IMG/VR virus record: IMGVR_UViG_3300043434_000561
Span: 1-54,867 of that record
Direction: 5' to 3' (one strand)
DNA: 54,867 nucleotides
From: a virus
Taxonomy: Duplodnaviria; Caudoviricetes
The position numbers and the translations under genes were made by a program. Of the stretch, positions 17,654-26,741 are shown piece by piece. Position 1 is the first letter of the stretch, and each line of letters begins with the position of its first letter. The notes below the pieces were generated by a model. It saw only the letters and a program-made list of their open reading frames with translations. It made no database searches and was not told the origin of the DNA.

Positions 17654-18754
17654 ATGGGAACTACCGTCGTAGCCTTTGGCGATCCAAAGGCACAAAAGAA
17701 GTGGAGCGCGAACCTTGCGGTTGATACCCGCAAGAAATCGTACTTCGAGAATCGTTTTATCGGCACCGACGACAACAGCATCATCCAGCGCAAGACTGAG
17801 CTGGAAGGTGACGCTGGCGACCGGATCTCTTTCGACCTCTGCGTTCAGATGCGCAACAAGCCTACGTATGGCGACAGCCGCCTCGAGGGCAAAGAGGAAA
17901 GCCTCAAGTTCTACACTGACGAAGTGATTATCGACCAGGTGCGTCACGCCGCGTCTGCCGGTGGCAAGATGAGCCGTAAGCGCACCGCTCACGATATGCG
18001 AGCCATCGCTAAGTCGCGTCTCGGTGACTACTTCGCCCGCCTGATGGACGAGTTGTTCTTCATGTACCTCTCCGGTGCCCGTGGCATCAACGAGGACTTC
18101 ATCGAGGACACGACCTACACCGGCTTTGCAGGCAACGCCTTCCAGGCTCCCGATGCAGACCACATCATCTTCGCTGGCGCCGCAACCTCCAAGGGTTCGC
18201 TCACCGCCAACGACAAGATGGTGAAGGCTACCATCGAGAAGGCCTTGAACAAGGCCGAGATGATGCAGGCCCGCAATCCTCAGACTGCCAACATGGTGCC
18301 CGTGATGAACGGCTCCGAGGAGCAGTACGTGGTCCTGATGAACCCAGACCAGGCTTATGACCTGCGCGTGGCTGACACGACCGGCTGGCTTGACATCCAG
18401 AAGGCCGCTGCCGGCGCCGAAGGCCGCAACAACCCGATCTTCAAGGGTGGCTTGGGCATGATCGGTGGCGCAGTGCTTCACAAGCACCGCAACGTGATCC
18501 GCTTTGGCAATTACGGTTCGGGCAACAACGTGAACGCAGCTCGCGCTCTGCTTTTGGGTCGCCAGGCCGCAGTGGTGGCTTTCGGTACCTCGGGTGGCCT
18601 TCGCTACTCTTGGGAAGAAAACACCAAGGACTACGGCAACGAGCCCACAGTCGCCTCCGGTTTCATTGGTGGCATCAAGAAAACTCGGTTCAATGGCAAG
18701 GACTTCGGTGTGATTAGCATCGATTCCGCGTCCAAAGATCCGAACGCAGCCTAA
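17654..18754 (+). CDS. major capsid protein (N4-gp56 / DUF4043 family)
   Basis: GDRISFDL...LEGKEESL...IDQVRHA...NPIFKGGLG...GIKKTRFNGKDFGVI. Confidence 0.9.
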   Translation: MGTTVVAFGDPKAQKKWSANLAVDTRKKSYFENRFIGTDDNSIIQRKTELEGDAGDRISFDLCVQMRNKPTYGDSRLEGKEESLKFYTDEVIIDQVRHAASAGGKMSRKRTAHDMRAIAKSRLGDYFARLMDELFFMYLSGARGINEDFIEDTTYTGFAGNAFQAPDADHIIFAGAATSKGSLTANDKMVKATIEKALNKAEMMQARNPQTANMVPVMNGSEEQYVVLMNPDQAYDLRVADTTGWLDIQKAAAGAEGRNNPIFKGGLGMIGGAVLHKHRNVIRFGNYGSGNNVNAARALLLGRQAAVVAFGTSGGLRYSWEENTKDYGNEPTVASGFIGGIKKTRFNGKDFGVISIDSASKDPNAA

Positions 18755-18767
18755 TAGGGGGTACTAA

Positions 18768-19250
18768 ATGGCTATCCTTGCATCGAAGTTCACTAAGTAC
18801 ACCACCACCGCCGTAACCGGCGAGTGCGCTGGTGACGTCATCACCAACGATTACTTCGTTGACGTGACGGCGGCCCAGATCGTTCTGAACGACATCATCG
18901 ACATCGGCATTCTGCCCGCCAACCATACGGTTGTGGACGCGATTCTGATCCCCGACGATCTCGATACGAACGTGTCTCCCACCATCGCCCTGGATGTCGG
19001 CATCATGTCCGGCACGCCTGGCGATACGGAAACCGCACGCACCTGCGGCAGCGAGCTCTTTGCAGCCTCGACCGCAGCTCAGGGCGGCACGCCTACCCGC
19101 ATGTCGAAGAAGGACGGCTTCTTGATCAAGCCGACCGCCGCCGACCGATCGATTGGCGTGAAGTTCCAAGCTGCTGCCGCCACGGCTGCCGCAGGCCGCA
19201 TTCGCCTGCGCGTGTTCATGGACGCTGCTGATCCCGAAGTCCAGTTCTAA
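18768..19250 (+). CDS. virion (capsid decoration-like) protein
   Basis: Follows the major capsid gene and precedes a terminator; LPANHTVVDAIL..DDLDT. Confidence 0.7.
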   Translation: MAILASKFTKYTTTAVTGECAGDVITNDYFVDVTAAQIVLNDIIDIGILPANHTVVDAILIPDDLDTNVSPTIALDVGIMSGTPGDTETARTCGSELFAASTAAQGGTPTRMSKKDGFLIKPTAADRSIGVKFQAAAATAAAGRIRLRVFMDAADPEVQF

Positions 19251-19271
19251 GCGGGTTAGCTGACTGAAGTA

Positions 19272-19300
19272 CGGGGGGAGCCTTCGGGTTCCTCCCGCTT
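19272..19300 (+). terminator. hairpin terminator / processing site after the capsid genes
   Basis: GGGGGGAGCC-TTCG-GGTTCCTCCC stem, short T tail. Confidence 0.6.
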
Positions 19301-19313
19301 AAAAGGAGAGACC

Positions 19314-19634
19314 ATGAAAATCGAGTGCATCTTGAAGCGGCCGGGTGGCACAAAGGCCGACATTGACGGAATTGAATACCACTTTGCGCCTCAACCCGAC
19401 GGCGCTCATGTCGCAGAAGTCACCAAAAACGAACACATCCAGCGTTTCCTGTCGATTGATGACGCCTACCGCATCTATGGCGAACCCGCCACAATCGAAG
19501 ATCTCGACAAAGACGGAGACGTGGACACCAAAGACGAGCGCCTGGCGCTGTCCGAACAGTACAAAGAGAAATTTGGCAAGGCTCCGCACCACAAGCTGAG
19601 TCTCGACGCGATCCGGCAAAAGCTGGCGGAGTAA
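19314..19634 (+). CDS. hypothetical virion-associated protein
   Basis: AAGGAG RBS; YKEKFGKAPHHKL C-terminal motif. Confidence 0.75.
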   Translation: MKIECILKRPGGTKADIDGIEYHFAPQPDGAHVAEVTKNEHIQRFLSIDDAYRIYGEPATIEDLDKDGDVDTKDERLALSEQYKEKFGKAPHHKLSLDAIRQKLAE

Positions 19635-19637
19635 TCC

Positions 19638-20291
19638 ATGCTGCCGGTGGCCGACGTTCTCACGAGGACCGACGATCTGCTGACAGATCCGGATCGCATC
19701 CGCTGGACAGCTAGTGAGCGCATCCGGTGGATGAACGAAGCCATGGGGGCAATTCTTACCCGTAAGCCATCGGCGTTTTCCAAGAGCGTAGTCTTAACCC
19801 TCATTGAGGGCACAAAGCAGGCCATTCCTGCCTCGGGGTCTATGCTTCTCGACGTCGTGCGCAACATTGGCGCCAATAATGCGCCCGGCAAAGCCGTTCG
19901 CCGCACAGACAGGCAGCTTCTCGACGACACCGACCCCGATTGGCACACGAGCAAGAAGAAGGCCGAGATTAAGCATTACACCTTCGATGATCGCGCGCCG
20001 AGCATCTTCTATTGCTACCCGCCCGCGCTGGCCGGAACCAAGGTTGAGATCCTGCATGCAGAGCTACCCAGTGCCATAGCCGAGACGGCGATCACTGGCA
20101 CTCTTGATATCGGCATGGAGTACCTCGAGCCCGTCGTGAACTACGTCGCCTATCGCTGCAACAGCAAAGACAGCGAGTACGCTGCTCCGGCCGTTGCCGC
20201 CGCCTTCTACCAGGCGTTCGAGGCGTCGCTCGGCGTCAAGAACCAGTCAGAAGCCGCTTCCTCCCCAAACCAGCCCACGAATAGCGTATGA
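19638..20291 (+). CDS. head-tail adaptor-like protein
   Basis: IRWTASERIRWMNEA; position after the capsid genes. Confidence 0.7.
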   Translation: MLPVADVLTRTDDLLTDPDRIRWTASERIRWMNEAMGAILTRKPSAFSKSVVLTLIEGTKQAIPASGSMLLDVVRNIGANNAPGKAVRRTDRQLLDDTDPDWHTSKKKAEIKHYTFDDRAPSIFYCYPPALAGTKVEILHAELPSAIAETAITGTLDIGMEYLEPVVNYVAYRCNSKDSEYAAPAVAAAFYQAFEASLGVKNQSEAASSPNQPTNSV

Positions 20292-20908
20292 AAAGCCTCG
20301 ACGACTTCTCCGCGAACATCAAGCTTTATGCGCCGGGCTGTGCGGACCCGACGATGTACTTCGCGCTTAGGCAGGCTGCCATCGAGTTTTGCGAGCGCAC
20401 CCGGCTGTGGCGATACGAGGACGAGTTTCAGGCGTCGGCAAGCGATTGCGAGGCTATTTTTGCGCCGGCATCCTCAGAAATCCATGAGATCGAGGCCGTG
20501 TTCTTCAATGGCCAAAAGCTTGATCCGGCCACGACGTCGTGGCTCGACGATCACATGCGCGGCTGGCGCTCCGGAGAGTTATCCGGGTTGCCCAAGTACG
20601 TCACTCAGATCGAGCCCAACACGATCCGCCTGGTGCCTCAAGAAGCAGGCGCCGTCAAAGTGGACCTGTGGCTCAAGCCATCTCATGACGCCGACGAAGT
20701 TCCGGATTGGATGGTCGATCAGCACCGCGAAACCATCGCCTATGGCGCTCTTGGTCGCGTCCTTCTGATCCCCAACCAGTCATTCACTAATCCCGAGCTC
20801 GGCGCGGCCTTTGGGTCTGCCTTCCAGGCAAAGCTCGACAAACTTTCGTCCAAGGGTCTGACCGGCCAGCAACGCGCACCGGCAAGAACCAAGGCAACTG
20901 TCTTTTAA
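20288..20908 (+). CDS. head-tail adaptor-like protein 2
   Basis: ALRQAAIEFCERTRLWR; ATGA coupling. Confidence 0.7.
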   Translation: MKSLDDFSANIKLYAPGCADPTMYFALRQAAIEFCERTRLWRYEDEFQASASDCEAIFAPASSEIHEIEAVFFNGQKLDPATTSWLDDHMRGWRSGELSGLPKYVTQIEPNTIRLVPQEAGAVKVDLWLKPSHDADEVPDWMVDQHRETIAYGALGRVLLIPNQSFTNPELGAAFGSAFQAKLDKLSSKGLTGQQRAPARTKATVF

Positions 20909-20917
20909 GAGGCCACT

Positions 20918-21325
20918 ATGTCTAACGCGACCAATTATTTAGAGCAGCAGATCATCAACACCTTCTTGCGAGGGCAAGCGACCTACGTTGCTCTGGCCAC
21001 GGCCAACCCAACCGACACCGGCTCAAACGAGGTCACAACCGGCGATTTTCCGGCCTACCTTCGGCAGGCCGCCGACGGAGCGGGCGCTGCGGGCAGCGGA
21101 TGGTCCGATCCTGGCTCTACGGCCGGCGTTACAACCAACGCCAACAAACTCACCTTCCCGGCCTATGACGGCACAGCGGATCTTACCGTGACGCATTTCA
21201 TCGTGTTTACCGACAGTACTGGTGGCAACGCACTTGTCCACGCGCCACTATCGGCATCGCGAACACTGCGCCCAGGCGATCGGCTCATTTTTGACATCGG
21301 CTCATTGACGGTCACAGTAGCCTGA
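20918..21325 (+). CDS. tail/fibre structural protein
   Basis: SNATNYLEQQIIN...YVALATANPTD...THFIVFTDSTGGN. Confidence 0.7.
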   Translation: MSNATNYLEQQIINTFLRGQATYVALATANPTDTGSNEVTTGDFPAYLRQAADGAGAAGSGWSDPGSTAGVTTNANKLTFPAYDGTADLTVTHFIVFTDSTGGNALVHAPLSASRTLRPGDRLIFDIGSLTVTVA

Positions 21326-21336
21326 CAAGGTAAATC

Positions 21337-22155
21337 GTGAGCGGCTCTTTTAACTCGTTTGCAATCAACGGGGCCGCAATCAACGGCTCTGCTGGATCAG
21401 ATTTTTTTGCCGAAAGCTCGGCATCGATTGCTGTTGCTTCCGAAGCAATCCCTAAAGCCGAGTTTTTTTCGGCAGGTAACGCAACCATTGCCGCGCTATC
21501 GTCTGGATCAGTATTCTTAGAGTCGTTTTTGTCTGGATCTGCTGTAGCAATTATTCTTTCAGATGGATTGGCAGAAATTGAAGTCGCTGCTGACAGCGCG
21601 GCTAGTGTCGCCGTCCTGGCTTCCGGTGCGCCCTACAGCGAGCTTTATGCAATCACCTCCGCAGCGATTGGCGTGTCATCGCAGGCCACGGCCTATTCCG
21701 AGCTCATGCCGCGTGGTGAATCTGACATCTTGCTTACGGCTGCGGGGTCCGGTGTTGTTGATTTATCTGGCTCGGGCGCATCAAGCATTGACGTCACGGC
21801 GCTTTCGTCCGGCTACCAGATCGAGATTGAGGCTTTTGGCTCGCCATTGATTGCGCTGAGCGCACTGGGCCTTGGCTACCTCGAGATGAAGCAAAGCGGG
21901 GACAGTGTAATTGTCATTGCAGTGGACGGTTTGGGACGGATCTACACCATCGCTCCAGCAGAAAGAAGGCTGATTGCTTATCGCGAAAGTCGTGACTTTG
22001 TGGTAAAAAAGAGAGCATCAGCCTTTGTCGCGCCCGAGGAAGATTTGGACCGGACGCAGACATTCATTGTCGGAGCCAGAAACAACAGATTCGTGGTTCC
22101 CGAAAACCTGCGCGACATGAGCCGTCGTCGTGAATCGAGAGAGTTGGAGGCGTAA
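21337..22155 (+). CDS. Ala/Ser-rich repetitive structural protein
   Basis: GTG start with AAGG RBS; periodic S/A-rich beta repeats. Confidence 0.65.
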   Translation: MSGSFNSFAINGAAINGSAGSDFFAESSASIAVASEAIPKAEFFSAGNATIAALSSGSVFLESFLSGSAVAIILSDGLAEIEVAADSAASVAVLASGAPYSELYAITSAAIGVSSQATAYSELMPRGESDILLTAAGSGVVDLSGSGASSIDVTALSSGYQIEIEAFGSPLIALSALGLGYLEMKQSGDSVIVIAVDGLGRIYTIAPAERRLIAYRESRDFVVKKRASAFVAPEEDLDRTQTFIVGARNNRFVVPENLRDMSRRRESRELEA

Positions 22156-22430
22156 TGCTTGGCATAGCGGAAAAACAACCAGTCGAGGTCCTTGATTACG
22201 ACATCGACTTTGAGCGCTGGCTCGTGGACGACCAGATCACCTCGGCCGAGGCGGCCGTCACGCCTACCGGGTCACTGACCGTCCAGACAATCGATGTTGA
22301 CCCTGCCCTCGTCAAGGTCTGGCTCGCCGGAGGCACGACCGGCATTACCTACAAAGTCGAAGTCACGGTTGAAACTACTGGGGGCCGCACCGGCCAGGTT
22401 GAATTCAAAGTTCGCGTAAGGGACAAATAA
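22155..22430 (+). CDS. fibre-tail adaptor protein
   Basis: KQPVEVLDYDIDF...VKVWLAGGT..G.TYKV. Confidence 0.75.
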   Translation: MLGIAEKQPVEVLDYDIDFERWLVDDQITSAEAAVTPTGSLTVQTIDVDPALVKVWLAGGTTGITYKVEVTVETTGGRTGQVEFKVRVRDK

Positions 22431-23089
22431 TGGGACTCAAACTCACCAACAACGCCATTGGTCGGCTGGCGTCAAACCGATCAAGTTCAGACACCACGTT
22501 TATTCTGACTACCGGAGACGGATCAAGGTTTCCGGCGCTTAGCGCGGGAGATTTCTCCTTTGCGACCATCATCAGGGCCTCAGACGCGGCCATTGAGATC
22601 GTCAAGATCACGGCTCGATCATCGGACACTCTGACTGTTCAGCGCGCCCAAGAAGGAACGCAGGCACTAACGCTTCTGGCGGGAGACAGAGTTGAGATCC
22701 GGTACACAGCCGGATCATTTATGGAGGAATTTGAAAGCATACGATCAGAGGTAGACGCGGCAAACGCAACGGCCGACGCAGCCCTACAAAGATCAGGCGG
22801 CACGATGACGGGGCCTATAACGCTGGCAGATGACCCGGAAACCGATCTGGAAGCCGCAACAAAGCGCTATGTAGACGATACCGTCGATGCCGTGGTCACA
22901 GCCAATGGCGAAACAAAGGCGGATAAAACGCTTGTTTTGACCGCTGGCGCTGGACTAACAGGCGGCGGGGATTTGTCTGGAAACCGGACTTTTGCAATCG
23001 CGTCCGGAAGTAACGGCTTTGGAACGCGTACTGTCTCTACCAGCGCACCATCTGGCGGTAACGACGGCGATATTTGGTACCAATACTAA
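22430..23089 (+). CDS. tail fibre 1 (shared N-terminal anchor domain)
   Basis: LTNNAIGRLAS...EIVKITARSSDTLTVQRAQEGT; GGTMTG; ends GDIWYQY. Confidence 0.8.
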   Translation: MGLKLTNNAIGRLASNRSSSDTTFILTTGDGSRFPALSAGDFSFATIIRASDAAIEIVKITARSSDTLTVQRAQEGTQALTLLAGDRVEIRYTAGSFMEEFESIRSEVDAANATADAALQRSGGTMTGPITLADDPETDLEAATKRYVDDTVDAVVTANGETKADKTLVLTAGAGLTGGGDLSGNRTFAIASGSNGFGTRTVSTSAPSGGNDGDIWYQY

Positions 23090-23766
23090 TGGGAAAGCTC
23101 TACGTCAACGTCAACGGCATTTGGCGGCCGGTCAAAGTAATCGCGCCCAAAATCAATGGGATTGCTCGCGCCATAAAAGCTGCGTGGATCAAACACGAAG
23201 GCGAGTGGCGATTGTTTTACGGCGGAATGTCGGGAACCCAGAACTTTACAAGCCCAGGCCTGAATTTTTGGACTGTGCCTGACGGCGTTTACTCGATCAC
23301 TGTCACCGGCTGCGGCGGTGGAGGCCAGGGCGGTAACGGCGATGGCGGCGCCAACAACGATGGCCGGGGCGGCGGTGGCGGAGGCTCAAACCTCATAACA
23401 AGCACTTACGGCGTAACGCCTGGACAGGTCCTTGAGGTCACCGTTGGCGCCGGCGGCGCAAACAATGCCGGAGACGGAGAGAATGGATTTCCATCGACGG
23501 TTACAGGAACCGGGGTCAGCTTTTCTGCTGCCGGCGGCCAAGGAGGCGGTGGACGTAGTGGCTGGAACGGCGGAACCGGCGCTCGCGTCGGGCTTGGCGC
23601 CAATGGGGCTAATTACACGGCGAGTTTTACAGGGTTTTCTAGTTCAGGCGGAACGTCAACAAACGGCGGAGCTAATGGTGGCGATGGAGGTCCTTACAGC
23701 CGTGGAGATGCGGCGGCACGCGTGGGTTCGCCTGGGCAAAATGGAAAAATCGCCATCAGTTATTGA
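23089..23766 (+). CDS. glycine-rich fibre tip / adhesin-like protein
   Basis: TAATG-coupled; WTVPDGV...GGGGQGG...VTPGQVLEVTVGAGG glycine-rich domain. Confidence 0.78.
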   Translation: MGKLYVNVNGIWRPVKVIAPKINGIARAIKAAWIKHEGEWRLFYGGMSGTQNFTSPGLNFWTVPDGVYSITVTGCGGGGQGGNGDGGANNDGRGGGGGGSNLITSTYGVTPGQVLEVTVGAGGANNAGDGENGFPSTVTGTGVSFSAAGGQGGGGRSGWNGGTGARVGLGANGANYTASFTGFSSSGGTSTNGGANGGDGGPYSRGDAAARVGSPGQNGKIAISY

Positions 23767-23810
23767 GGCCATCAATTGCGACCAGCACCTACTAACCGGA
23801 AAGACTGACA

Positions 23811-24458
23811 ATGCCATCATCACTTCGCCTAGCCAATAACGGAACCAGCAGGCTTGCGGCCTTGCTGTCTGATTCCGCGACATCGCTTTCCGTGTTGTCT
23901 GGCGACGGCGCAAAATTCCCGTCGTTGAGCGCTGGCCAGTTTTTTCCGGCAACGATTGTTCGTTCCTCCGACCAGGCCATAGAGATTGTCCGGGTCACGG
24001 CAAGATCATCCGACACCTTCACGATCACCCGGGCCCAGGAAGGCACCACGGCTCTTGCCTTTGCCGCGAATGACCTGATCGAGCTCAGGCTTACTGCCTC
24101 GACTTTTGCCGACGAGGTTCAGCGGGTCGAGGACGGTGCCCTGCAAAAAGCCGGCATCAACGAAACCGTGTTTACGATTACCGACGGCGCAAGCGTTGAC
24201 CTGAACCCGGCCAACGGAACCGTTCAACTGTGGACGCTTGGCGCTAACCGCACGCCGACAGCCACGAGTTTTGCCGCTGGCCAGTCCATGACGCTCATGG
24301 TTGACGACGGCACTGCCAGAACGATCACATGGACAACGATTGGCGTTGTTTGGGTTGGCGGCTCTGCGCCAACTTTGCCTACTTCTGGCTATGGCGTGAT
24401 TGAACTTTGGAAAGTAAGTACGACGATTTACGGTGCTTACGTAGGGGCGGTGGCGTAA
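23811..24458 (+). CDS. tail fibre 2 (shared N-terminal anchor domain)
   Basis: LANNGTSRLAA...EIVRVTARSSDTFTITRAQEGT. Confidence 0.8.
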   Translation: MPSSLRLANNGTSRLAALLSDSATSLSVLSGDGAKFPSLSAGQFFPATIVRSSDQAIEIVRVTARSSDTFTITRAQEGTTALAFAANDLIELRLTASTFADEVQRVEDGALQKAGINETVFTITDGASVDLNPANGTVQLWTLGANRTPTATSFAAGQSMTLMVDDGTARTITWTTIGVVWVGGSAPTLPTSGYGVIELWKVSTTIYGAYVGAVA

Positions 24459-25135
24459 TGTTGCTTACTCATGGGTTAAGGGCTGCGGTTCCAAAAGAAA
24501 GCCCAATTCAGTATATTGGCTCGGTTACTAAAGCAGTAAACAACGCCGGTAGCTGGGACACATCAGATGAAGCGCTCGATGTCTTGTCTGTTGCTACTGT
24601 CGGTGACCTAGTAGTTATTGCGTTTAGTTTCGATAGTAACATCGACTCCACTTGGTCGTGGGTCGGGATGAATTTTACTTCGATAAATAACCAAACGGGG
24701 GATGACGGCCCAGGTGCCTATGTTGGGTATCGTTTTGTTCAACCCGGCGACACAAACCCTTATGTTCTTAATGTTGGTACAACTAGTTGGCGAGCTTTAT
24801 CTATCGTTGCTTCCGTATTTAGAAACGTAAATAGTTATGTAAGCGCGGCTTCCGCAGCAGGAGCTTCAGGATTACCTAACGCCCCGAGTCTTATTGCTGC
24901 GGGTAAATTATGGGTAGCAACAGGGCATTTAGATGACGATGCAGTCTCTACTTGGGTAGCGCCAACAAACTATACACTTGCATCTTTTACCTCAAGAACA
25001 ACCAATGAAGGAGATGCAACGTCATCTACAGTCGTTGCTTACCGTATTGCTACACTTTCTTCTGATGATCCGGGAGCTTTTACCGCTTCTTCTGGAAGCG
25101 ACGAGTGGCGAGCCACAACATTAGCATTTGCATAA
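24458..25135 (+). CDS. putative receptor-binding domain protein, AT-rich
   Basis: TAATG-coupled; T/A-ending codons; GDLVVIA beta-sandwich-like. Confidence 0.72.
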   Translation: MLLTHGLRAAVPKESPIQYIGSVTKAVNNAGSWDTSDEALDVLSVATVGDLVVIAFSFDSNIDSTWSWVGMNFTSINNQTGDDGPGAYVGYRFVQPGDTNPYVLNVGTTSWRALSIVASVFRNVNSYVSAASAAGASGLPNAPSLIAAGKLWVATGHLDDDAVSTWVAPTNYTLASFTSRTTNEGDATSSTVVAYRIATLSSDDPGAFTASSGSDEWRATTLAFA

Positions 25136-25146
25136 AGGACTAACAA

Positions 25147-25554
25147 ATGTACGCACTATTAAACTCAGAAGGACAAATCCAGACCTACCCGTATTCGGTC
25201 AGCCAGCTTCGTGCGGACAATACTGGTACATCTTTCCCGGACCAGATGCCCGATGAGCGGCTTGCCGACTGGAATGTCGTTCCGGTCGAGCCGACGCCGC
25301 AGCCCAATGTGACCTACGCCCAGGACGTGACCGAAGGCCAGCCGGTCAACGAGGCCGGTTCCTGGAAACAGGCCTGGATCGTTACCGACAAGAGTCCAGA
25401 GGACATTGACGCCATACGCAAGCAGCTTCGCGCCCAGGCTTACCGCGAAGAATCCGACCCGTTATTCTTCAAAGCGCAGCGCGGCGAGGCAACCATGGAC
25501 GAGTGGCAAGCCAAGGTAGCCGAAATTCGCGCACGATACCCAGACATCGTATAA
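25147..25554 (+). CDS. tail fibre assembly-like protein
   Basis: YPYSVSQLRADN..TSFP; RAQAYREESDPLFF...EIRARYP. Confidence 0.75.
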   Translation: MYALLNSEGQIQTYPYSVSQLRADNTGTSFPDQMPDERLADWNVVPVEPTPQPNVTYAQDVTEGQPVNEAGSWKQAWIVTDKSPEDIDAIRKQLRAQAYREESDPLFFKAQRGEATMDEWQAKVAEIRARYPDIV

Positions 25555-25647
25555 TCCAGGTCATGCAACTGTTCCCCATTCCCCATCGATCACGAGACGG
25601 CAGCGCACAGGCGTCTGTCAGTCTCGTTCGATCACTATGGGGGTTTT

Positions 25648-26610
25648 ATGGGAATCAAGTTTGCAAACAATTCAGTGTCCCGCCTGGCGGGAAACATCAC
25701 CAGCTCTAACACGACAATCAACCTGGTTTCGGGAGAGGGTGCGCTTTTTCCTTCTCTGCTGGCAGGCGATTGGTTCCCTTGCACGATTATCAACAGCGCA
25801 GGCGCCTTTGAAATCGTCAAGGTCACGGCCAGAAGCGGCGACACATTCACCGTTGAACGATGTCAAGAAGGGACGCTTGCGAGCCCTTTCTTGGCAGGAG
25901 ATCGCATCGAGCTTCGCATGACGGCCGGAGCGATTTCCGAAATTGCTTTGCCGCCTGGCACAGGCCCTTTGCCTTGGTCCTTGCCGACTGAGCCGGCGGG
26001 CTGGATTTTTTGCGACGGGCGTACGCTGTTGTCGAACACGCCTTACGGTGCCCTGAGGGCGGCTTACGTTGCGGCCGGCTTTCCCTATGGCCAGGACGGT
26101 AGCGGAAACCCAAACATCCCGGACATGCGCGGCAGGGTTCCGGCAGGCGTCGATAACATGGGCGGATCGGCGGCCAATCGATTGACGGCCGTAGCCTCCG
26201 GGATCGCTGGAACGACGCTTGGCGCGGCAGGTGGCGCAGAAACGCATACGCTGACAAGCGGCCAGATGCCAACCCACGCTCACGGTATCAACGATCCTAC
26301 GCACGCGCACGCCGTCTATGATCCTGGGCACGCGCATACCGCCAGCCAGCCAAATCATAACCACAGCTACACGCGCCCGAATGTGACGGTCAATGTTGCG
26401 GCCGGCGCCAACTACGGGGTCTATGGCCAGGGGTTTGGCACGCTCAACACGGGAAGCGACGGCAACGACGCCGTGACGGTAAATGGGGCTGTGACAAATA
26501 TCGGTATCTACGGCGCATACACCGGCATTTCGATCCAGAACGCAGGCTCGGGAGGGGCCCACAACAACGCGCAGCCGACCCTGATCGTGAACTACATCGT
26601 CAAAACGTGA
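25648..26610 (+). CDS. tail fibre 3 with tail-collar domain
   Basis: Shared N-terminal anchor; PAGWIFCDG...NIPDMRGRVPAG...His-rich HxH repeats...HNNAQPTLIVNYIVK. Confidence 0.85.
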   Translation: MGIKFANNSVSRLAGNITSSNTTINLVSGEGALFPSLLAGDWFPCTIINSAGAFEIVKVTARSGDTFTVERCQEGTLASPFLAGDRIELRMTAGAISEIALPPGTGPLPWSLPTEPAGWIFCDGRTLLSNTPYGALRAAYVAAGFPYGQDGSGNPNIPDMRGRVPAGVDNMGGSAANRLTAVASGIAGTTLGAAGGAETHTLTSGQMPTHAHGINDPTHAHAVYDPGHAHTASQPNHNHSYTRPNVTVNVAAGANYGVYGQGFGTLNTGSDGNDAVTVNGAVTNIGIYGAYTGISIQNAGSGGAHNNAQPTLIVNYIVKT

Positions 26611-26741
26611 TCCGCAAATACTTTCTGTACCCGCGATCACCGGTGCCTTCATAGCGGCGCTGCCGCTTGGCATGGCGCTAAAATGCCTTGGTTTCGTGCC
26701 GTTTGGTGCGATACAATGGGCACATTCTTGTCGAGGTGTTC

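Noticed and set aside
22430-26610. Diversity-generating retroelement or invertible tail-fibre switch
   Set aside because: No reverse transcriptase, TR/VR pair, invertase or inverted cassette seen; all fibre genes are co-oriented.
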